DNA of 64,000 bases from Setoptus koraiensis (taxonomy: Eukaryota; Animalia; Arthropoda): positions 23,808,001 to 23,872,000 of the forward strand of contig CM106585.1 in the NCBI GenBank assembly GCA_048013815.1, written 5' to 3'. Shown here piece after piece: positions 54,813 through 64,000 of the stretch (the first letter of the stretch is position 1; each line of letters starts with the position of its first letter). The notes under the pieces are model-generated. The model saw only the letters and a list, made by a program, of their open reading frames with translations, had not been told where the DNA came from and searched no databases. Made by a program: the position numbers and the translations under genes.

Positions 54813-54925
54813 TAAGCCAATCTCTCAATTCGATAGTCTCGAATCAATGTACTAATCAGCGCTCTAATTGTTTCCCTATGCAACCATAAATATAAATACA
54901 AATATAAATATATCCATCTATACAG

Positions 54926-55542
54926 CCGTTCAAAAGGGCCGCGTCGCCAATCACACACTGATGGTTGCCCACGCGCAACTTGCTGCCAATTCCGCTTTCG
55001 GGCCCGGCGGTGCAGCCGCGGCCGCAGTGGCTGCAGTGGCCGCCATGCACCACAATCCCGCTCTAGCTCAGCTACCCTTTTTTGCTCACTTGATGCACCC
55101 ACAATTACGTAATAATCCTATGGCAATGGCCGCTTTTATACACCAACAACATCAATTGAATCAGTTGAGACAAATGCAACAACAGCAGCAACAACAACAA
55201 CAGCAACAACATCACCATCATCAACAGCAGCAACAGCAGCATCATCATCAGCCGCATCATCATCAACAACACAATCACCACCATCATCAAAATGCGCCAC
55301 CTCACTTAGGTTCGGCGCATCCCTCTTCTGGTCAACCTGTTAACGTGATGTTGGCGTCTCCATTTGGTGCACCTAACAACGCAACGACTAACCCTGCTAA
55401 TACTAATCAACATCCCATAACGGCAAATAATTCATCAGCATTGAATGTAAATCAATTAAATGGTGGACAAACAATGGTGGCACACAACAATGTGTTCAAT
55501 CAGCAAGCTACTGTGACAACAAGACAGACGCGATTGCAGTAA
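54926..55542 (+). CDS. svp: svp/COUP-TF second coding exon (T-box end and low-complexity hinge); 3' boundary uncertain
   Basis: Acceptor TACAG|CC restores (E)AVQKGRV, cf. COUP-TF EAVQRGR; 157-nt phase-1 intron 54769-54925. The frame runs to TAA at 55540-55542, overlapping a weak GCA|GTAATT donor. No LBD exon found by eye before 64000. Confidence 0.8.
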
Positions 55543-57080
55543 TTGTAATTAAACGTACAGCAATTGCCAATTGTTGTCAGCGTGCGTGAGCCAATCAAAG
55601 AAAAACAATGTTTGATCAATTGTTTTACTTCCATAGTAAATAAATCTCACCTATTGTGTGTGGATATCGTCAAATTAGTTAGATTTATTTTATTAATTAA
55701 TAGCTAATTAAAAGCAACCATAAGACACAGCTAAAACTCAATGACAAATTAGAGAAAGACAGACAGAAAAAAAGGGGACACAATGTGCAACTAGACAACA
55801 ATCAACAGACAATCACAATAGGACAATTAGTCGAAATTAGTCTATTAGTAGAGGAGACAATGTCAGCTTTTAATTGATTGCATACCAATCGACACCAGCA
55901 TCGTATGTAAGGGGCGTAAATGAACGTTAATTAGTAGTGATAATTGTATCATGTATACTGATGATTTTACATACACACACACACACACCACATACACAAA
56001 TTCTTCATAGTTTTCTCTTCCATTTTTGTCAAACAAAACAAGACACAATATTGAACAAATCCGCTTTAGTAAACGAGTGAAAATATAGTTGTTCAAGGTA
56101 TATATTTGCATTTGTGTGTGTGTGGGTGCATATATGATGCAACAATTAATTTATATATGTATACATCTACATAGCTATATATAAATAACACTATATATAG
56201 TCTGATCGAGAATAAAAAGCATCACAACTACTTGTGACACTTAAATTGTTGTCCTATTCATAGTTGCCGATATCGAGATTCTTTATTGCTTCAATCTTAG
56301 CCGTGTACATCGAGCCTGTTCGCATAGCACCAATAGCTATATAGGTGAGATGGAGCTTGCACTTCTTGATTGTTTTCATTTTGACGCATTCGATAAAATT
56401 TATTGACCTCGCTCGATTTCATTTCCAATGATTTGTCGGATTGCTGCCCCTTAGCCGACTAGATCAACCCCTAATAAACCTATATTGGTGATCTATGAAC
56501 AATTATAGGTCACTCAACACTGCTGTCACACTCAGTGTCATTGTTGACAACAGAGCACAGATTCATCGGCGATCAGTGATATTGACGAAGAAAAACAAAC
56601 AAACAAACGGACAAACAAACATCAGTTGTCAACTCGTCTAGCACACAGCTGACGGTTGTTGTTGCTATAATTAGCTTGTGAATAGTAATTAGAATAATAA
56701 CAAATCTCTTTTGCGGTACATGTACACTGTTGCTGTTGTCGCTTGCAAATACGTCCCATTTCACAACAACAATTACGACACAACATCACTGTCTAGCTAA
56801 ATAAATTAACCAAATGAAATGAAATCACCTCACGCTGATCACTCAAGCGAGCTCGTTGTTTTTAACTAGTGCTTGTCTTACAATTGTCAATGGGCCGTAT
56901 GGGTTTGAGTGGACACTGCGAAAACACTTTGCATATGTTAATTTTCGATGAGGCATTGTACTTTCTACATTGTACATTTTGTGTACTAATTGTGGGCATA
57001 ATTGATACGGGGAAATAAGAATAATTATATGGTCACTATTGGATTGAATGTAAGCAAGAAAAAAGTTTTTTTTTTGCGTT

Positions 57081-57094
57081 GCGCCATCTAGTGG
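57081..57094 (-). promoter_or_regulatory. CTCF-like motif CCACTAGATGGCGC (minus strand)
   Basis: Full match to the CTCF core consensus. Confidence 0.5.
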
Positions 57095-59472
57095 CTGATT
57101 GTTGTTACTAAAGAGCGAGCATTTTGAAACTGTTGTTAATAATTAATTTACTAATTCACAATAATTGAATGGTGATAATTTACATCATTGTCTGGGCAAT
57201 GCTAAATGTTTACGGTGACATCTGTGAGATTATTTTGGCTGTGTCTGCTAAGTAATTGGACCGAGAGGACAATTTATTTAAACTTTTGCATCTTACTATC
57301 TTTGTTAGCTAGAAATTGATAAATAGCTGGAGAGGATTTCAGTGCGAATTTCATCACCAACAAGCTAAACTGGTTTGCTTGTTCATTTGTTTGTTTGTTG
57401 TTGAGCCAGTTCTAGTTTGATTGCAGTCTGGATTGATCTGATGGGTCTCGGTTGGACTATTGCGAGTATTTCACAGCAGCAGCAACAACAGCAACGATTT
57501 TTGCATAGTTGAGAGTAAACAAGCGAGTCAGAAATAACTCGATTTAGCTGAGTGACCAGAGTGAAACCAAACACCAGCCATATTACCATTAGTTTGCTGT
57601 CATTGGACATGGACACGGATTAGAGAGAAGACGACGCAACACGACAGTGACACAATTGAACTATATCTAATTACTTGGCCATTACCACGGTTAACTGTGT
57701 TATAATAGCGCTCAGCATTATCAAACTCAATGACGATATTGATGAGAAACGAGCAAAAAATAACAGCACAGATAGATAAAGCATTTGTTGTCTTGAAAGA
57801 GCGTGTGAATAAAAAGATGGATGACATCGAGCAACGTTATCAACGTCGTCATATTTATAAACAACAACAACAACAACAACAACATTGCTTCTGAAGCATG
57901 AACATAACACATAATATAATGAACAACATTGTTCCTTATATTCAAGACATTTACAGATTCACATTCACATTGTTTGCCATCAACTGTCGCTAATCTGGTA
58001 GCACGATACATTTCTTTTCATCTTTTGATATAGCCGTATAATGTCGTGCCACTTGAGAAGCGACCCATTGAGTGGGTGAGTTGAGTTTTTTAACAAGCAA
58101 CTCATTGTGTATGCAAATATAACAATGTATTATGTAATTATGCATGCACAATATGCTTATTTAATCTAATTGGCTTTGTCGGTGTTGTCTCGCTCCAACA
58201 ATTGCTCTCACTATCTCTCTCGTGCTTGACATTGCACACACTGTGCATAGTGTGACAAACAAACATTTTACTATTATTGCACAGTAATTTAGCGCAGTCA
58301 TACTGTAAAACTTGGCGCCGATCTAATCACGTTTAATTAACCTATCATTACTTCTCAAGTGACGCAAACTGGATTGACTTTTGTCACAAATTGTCTCACT
58401 GTATCATAATGGGTCATTTATGTTGAACTCAAATTGGTTCATGTTATTTCGCTTACGCGTATGTACGCATTGGTGGTTCACTAATGCTTGGCTGCTATTA
58501 ATTAGAAGTGGAGAATTTAATTAGCATCAGACTTGACACTTGTTGTTGCACGACCACACAAGTTAGCCTGTGCACACTGTGCCAAGTCACTGGCACAGTG
58601 TCGACCTCTGAGTAAGCTCCTAAACCTAAAATATATAACACCTATTACATGTAAGAAAAAAGTCTACAAAATGTATTTTGTATACGTACGTATCTATGCA
58701 GCACAAAATACATTTTAAGGCCATAGGTGTGTGATTGGTTGGTGGCATATGGCACCAATGTGGTACTTATATATCATTTGTAGATGTTCCCATCATCATT
58801 GGTCATTGACAGAGATTGGTCAAGAGTGCAACATGATTGTAATATGATTGTGCCTCAGTTGATGCCCACTGACCGATTGACGTGACTACGCCAATCCGGC
58901 CGTATTCATACATGTAAAAGTTGCTTGTTGGCTGCATGAACTAAATGTGGCAACATTAGTCAGTGTGATTTAGATCAGCGTGCTGATGTGATGTGCGGCA
59001 TGAAGCCAAAGACAGATAATGAGCTGCTACAAGTTACAAGATATGAGTTTTGTCCGAACCGACGCCACCAACAACACCGACAACAACAATCGCAAGCGCA
59101 CATTGACAACGACACAACGGCAACAGTGACAACGAAAATTGGCACGATCATGTGAGCGAGAGCGAGCAAACAAAAAGATCATGTCACTGTTGTCATTGAC
59201 ACAATGATACGATGATGAATGACCAGTCGTTGTTGACTGCGAATAGCGCCGAAGCCACTCTCAAGATGGACACACAAAATAGTTGTGTTCTCACCATGCA
59301 CAAACGCACCAATACAAACCCAGTCTAGAGAATAACACACCGAAAACTGACAATTGTCCCTGTCCCTGTCTAACAGTGTCCAGTGTCTATATAAATAGCC
59401 CGCGACTTGCACTGTGACCACCACCAATGACCATAATGATCTATGAATTGCCACTCTCATATGGCACATGCT

Positions 59473-59582
59473 TGCACCGACTAGATGGCTGCACCGACTT
59501 TATGGCTGCACCGACTTGATGGCTGCACCGGCTTTATGGCTGCACCGACTTTATGGCTGCACCGACTTTATGGCTGCACCGA
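59473..59582. repeat. 17-bp minisatellite (ATGGCTGCACCGACTTT) x6
   Basis: Units start at 59485, 59502, 59519, 59536, 59553 and 59570. Confidence 0.92.
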
Positions 59583-61257
59583 GCGCTTGGTTAGACCAGT
59601 GTTAGTTGGCCTCCTTTTCGAGCTGGCCAGTTGTGCTCTCACGTTAACATGCTGTCAAGTGTTGCCAGTTGGAGCGAGTATCACAAATGAGTGAGTTTGT
59701 ATGTGTGATCTCATAATGAGCTCATCATAAACCGATGTCATTGTCAGCGGACTAACACTAACAATTGTCAGAGCCACTTTTAAACTTTTATCGGCTGCTT
59801 CAATTTCAATGCATACGAATGCTCGCAAATGCTCGCAAATGCTCACAAATGATGCAAAATGCCCGCGAATGCCCACAAGTCTCACAAATGTCAAATGCCT
59901 GGGATGCAACTCATTGATGCAATCAGCTGTTTGTTGTTGCTGTTGTTGTTGTTCGGGTGCTAGATACATGCAATTGTAATTATACACAATGTAATCAATG
60001 CAATGCATACCAATGCGACCAATGTTATGTTGCAGTGCACAAAGCATGATAAAGTAAGCGTATACCCATAAGCTCGCCTGTGTCAGCCGAGAGTTAGTGA
60101 CTTTTTGAATTCGCGTGACTTAATCAATAAGTCACACACACATGCGACTGATTGTCCGGCCGAACACTTATGCTTATGCGCACACTTATCTCAGGTAATT
60201 GTCAGCTCACCTGACAACTGCAAGCGAGCAAGCAAGTGTGCATAAGCTACAATCAAAATTAGTTAGTTTGCAGCAGGTGTATCTAACTCTAACTAGACGA
60301 GCCAACAAGGTGAGAGTTGAATCACTCAAACAGACTCAAATATTCGAGTTGCGATGAAGAAGCAACACTCATTGATTTTGTAAGGCAACCAACGACAAAC
60401 GACTGCTATCTGGCGGACCTATCAGCAGCAACAAACAGCCAGACAATCAATAATCACCTGTACAGCATTAATGTTAACAATGTACGCAACAGCATCTCAT
60501 CTGTGACGCAATATATGGGCACCAATGGCAACAATGACCAATAATGGTCATGTGTCACGGATGTCACTGAATTCAACATTGTCTCTCGATGCACATAATG
60601 AACATTAATTATGTAATCACATATGTGCTTGTTGTTTGCTCGCAGTCTTGTGTGTGTGTATGTGTGTGTGTGTGTGTGTGTGTGTCGTTTAATTGATTAC
60701 TTACAACTGTCATTTCTGCTATTGTCTTGCCTCACTTACTCCAACTAACCAGCTACCTGTGCCAACCAACTAACTAACTAACTCATGTCACCTACATACC
60801 ATCAACATGCATCTCATGTCAAACCGGTAGAAACACACAAACAAGCATTGGCATGATCAAATGATTAAATGGCCCATTAAATAAGCCATCATGCCAATTA
60901 TACAATGGACATTGGACAGCAACAGCGACAACGACAACAACTTGCAAGCACTAGCAACAATGTGATAAATTCAGTAGTAAATCATTCATACTTGTGTGCA
61001 CAACCAAATTCACCTTATGCCGCACAAGTTGCATTGTACAATACGTACAATGCAACAATGGCCGGTATGCGCATGTGTCCCTAAGGTCGGCTTTAGGTCG
61101 ACTTCTTCCACAACTCGCACTTTTTGTATTCTCAGCTCTAACTAACACAAAAAGCCGCACTAAAGCTCTCCTAAAACTGTGCTAAACTTTAGGTTGGCTT
61201 GGGCCACCCTAAAGCGAACTAATCTAACAATTTTGCCCATTGATAGTAGAAATTCCA

Positions 61258-62156
61258 CTCATTGATAGTAGAAAATGAGAACAGATTTCATCTATCGGTT
61301 GTTCTAGCGATTAGGTCCCAGCGACGATTATGATGAAACTTCCGGTACAGGTTCACCTTGACCCAAAACCATCAGGAAAAGTGGTTCGGAAGTGCGGAAA
61401 CTTCCGGTTCCGGTTTTACCTTAAGTTGCTTCTAGAGAGTTGAAACTCACCAGAATGACGTTCTAGATGACGATTGACACGATGACATAAGTTTCAGCTC
61501 TTTACCACTTCCGGTTCTCTGGTTATAGCGATATCTCAAGAGTTGAGAGACCGGAAGTTGCCAAATTCATGCTTCGCTACACTCAGGGATGAGCCTGAAA
61601 TTGTTCGTAGAACTCGGCCTTCGGCCTCGTATTCTGGAGGCCGTCACATCTCCGTCGTCGCTCCCGCGACGACTGCGTGCGACGGGAACCCTTCGGGTAG
61701 GGTTGATGAGCGCTTCGGGTATCGGGCTGCGCCCTCTACCCTCCGCTCACATGACTGCAATCCATCCACAAATGAAGGAGGGGGGGGAATAAAAAATAAG
61801 GATGAGACAAGTAGGAACAACTGAATTACAAGCTAATACATGGTGTTGCGCAGTCTGTGCACAGTATGGGCCCGCTTACCGCAACCGCACAGGCCTGGCC
61901 GCACCTCTAATTTCAGTTGAACCTTGACATCTAGCAAACCGGAAGTGATACCGGATTGATTTTGATTTCATCGTGCTCCGCTGAAGGTCATCTACCTGAG
62001 TCTCAATTTTCAGAGCTCTAGCTTCAACTTTATGTAAAACCGGAACCAGAAGTTTCCGCACTTCCATGATGTGGGGCCCCTGCAGGGCCCGTGTGTCAAG
62101 TTTTGTGATGATCAGCGCTGGGACCTAATCGCAAGAAAACCCCATCTATCAATGAG
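61258..62156 (+). mobile_element. Non-autonomous foldback/MITE-like element, copy 1 (~900 bp, long imperfect TIRs)
   Basis: Left TTCTAGCGATTAGGTCCCAGCG (61302-61323) vs right CGCTGGGACCTAATCGCAAGAA (62116-62137); inner GGAAGTGCGGAAACTTCCGGTTCCGGTTTTAC arms also inverted; outer CTCATTGATAG/CTATCAATGAG. No transposase ORF; no clear TSD. Confidence 0.7.
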
Positions 62157-63047
62157 GACCTTTAGAAAGACATATTTTCAAGTGGCAACTACATCACTGC
62201 TTCCGTGGATAGTAGCATGATGTTCATGCATGAATCAGTTCACGCATGCGTATAAACAACAATTCTGAAGAGTCCGCCAAAAAGCTCCCCTAACATCAGT
62301 TTGCGGTTCATACGAGTTGGCGGCTATTATCCACAAGCGAGCCATTGGCAGCCAATGGATGATAGTGAAGGCGCCGGCGCAAGCGAACACAGAGACCGAT
62401 ACAAATTAGACGGTCAGTCGTCGACCAATTATACACCGACGTGTGCATAATGGCCGACTCACAAAGACAATAGCGAGCCTCTAGTTTAGCCATTTAGTTG
62501 CATTGCTCATGATTCACATCGCGTCCACAACAGATGCCGGGCGGCCGTTAATATCGACACGGTCGTGTTTGCCTAATATATCCAACATATCTAATATATC
62601 TGTCAGACACACAGGTCTCATTCTGTAGGCTTCGCATGTCAGCGGAATTAAATATACACGCCAGATATGCGCCGCGGCTCCCATGTTATACATTCAATGT
62701 ATTACGCAATGGCGCTCCACATATCGGATCTATTATCGCTCCACATATCGGATCTATTGTCGCTCGCTGGCCGGCGCCTCGACTATTTTATCGGCTGCGC
62801 GGCCGGAATCCGGTGGCGCGCACAGGCGCGCTCGAAGGCTCGCTTCCTCCTTTTTTAGCGCTTAATTTTAATTATTAGCGCTTAATTTTAATTAAGTTGC
62901 TATTGGTTTGGTGTTTATTGCTAATCTATTCACGTGACAATGTTATCCTATGGAGGTTTGACTTGGTCAAATTTGTGAGAATCCTGCTAGACATTACACA
63001 TGTATTCCTATGTAGATTCGACTTGGTCTATTATCGCTTCACTCGAA

Positions 63048-63888
63048 AAATATTTCGGGTGTTGTAGCGATTAGGTCCCCACTCGGATTTCGATGAAACT
63101 TCACACAAGAGCCCTGTAGGGGCCCCATACTATGAATTTTGTATTCCGGATGCCAGGAAACTTCCGGTTCCGGAGATACAAAAATATCGAGATAGGGCTC
63201 CCAAATTTCAGAATTATATAGGAGACACCTAGCGGAGTATAATGGCATCAAAATTAATTTTCTATGACTTCCGGTTCGGTGGATAAAGAGGTTCAAGCTG
63301 AACCGAGGGTGTGGCCGGGTCTGTGCGGTTGCGTTCAGCGGACTCATTCTGTGCCACGTATGCGCAGCACCATGCATTATCGTATTCTCCTGCCATTCCA
63401 AACATCTGTGTCTGGATTGCAGTCATGTGAGCGGAGGGTAGAGGGCGCAGCCCGATACCCGAAGCGCTCATCAACCCTACCCGAAGGGTTCCCGTCGCAC
63501 GCAGTCGTCGCGGGAGCGACGACGGAGATGTGACGGCCTCCAAATCACGAGGCCGGAGGCCGAGTTCTCAGACCTATCGCAGGTTCATACCCGAGTGCAG
63601 CGAAGCTGAAATTCGTCAACTTCCGGTCTTCCAAACCTATAAATAAGCCTATATCTTGAGAACCGGAAGTCTCACAGAGCTGAAAAGTATGCCATTCTGT
63701 TCAGCATTCTCTGAAACGTCGGTCTGGTGAGTTTCAGATCTCTAGCTTCAACTTTATGTCAAACCAGAACGGGAAGTTTCCTGGCTTCCGGAGTAATTTT
63801 CCCGTCTTATTTGGGCCAAGATGAACCTATACCGGAAGTTTCATCAGGATCTGGGTGGGGACCTAATCGCTACAACAACCAATATTTC
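63048..63888 (-). mobile_element. Foldback/MITE-like element, copy 2, inverted relative to copy 1
   Basis: TGTTGTAGCGATTAGGTCCCC / GGGGACCTAATCGCTACAACA 21-bp perfect TIR core. The interior aligns in reverse complement to copy 1, including an identical 130-bp core (63413-63542 vs 61635-61764). Confidence 0.7.
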
Positions 63889-64000
63889 GTATGCAATCTT
63901 ATGGAGATTTGACCTAGTCGAATTAGTGAGGAGTTCGGTGGTGACAATTCGAACTTCAGAATTCAAAATTCGAATTCCTGGTGACAGTTCCATCTGCCCG

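Noticed and set aside
61702-61740. TTGATGAG in the conserved core as a hammerhead ribozyme
   Set aside because: No CUGANGA core and no GAAA after the stem; an HDV-like fold could not be threaded by hand either.
63555-63580. AGGTCTGAGAACTCGGCC (minus) as RNase P CR-I
   Set aside because: It is not conserved in copy 1, lacks the GGAAGG start, and no CR-V motif follows.

Overview
Eukaryotic, intron-poor animal DNA. The protein similarities are arthropod-like, and the near-intronless housekeeping genes and poly-Q/N-rich proteins fit a compact acariform (possibly eriophyoid) mite genome; this is inference only. Five protein-coding genes are recognisable by recalled motif similarity (no database search was run). 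(1) The first coding exon of a GABA-B receptor subunit (minus, 25228-26649); I could not find its downstream exons in the window. (2-4) A tight housekeeping island at about 28-35.5 kb: Ars2/SRRT (minus, two exons; the small last exon is missed by the ORF track), an N-terminally short WDR44 (plus) and THUMPD1 (minus). (5) The N-terminus, DNA-binding domain and hinge of the nuclear receptor seven-up/COUP-TF (plus, 53895-55542); its ligand-binding domain was not found in the window. Most other ORF-track entries arise from microsatellites and low-complexity DNA. The non-coding flanks contain many short tandem duplications and GGGCCC hexamers. The most striking unexplained structure is at 61.2-63.9 kb: two ~850-900 bp foldback/MITE-like elements in opposite orientation. 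They are clearly diverged from each other except for a perfectly identical, GC-rich, hairpin-forming 130-bp core. Other leads are an eh1-like (Groucho-binding) motif in the svp N-terminus and convergent CTCF-like motifs around the svp 5' exons.
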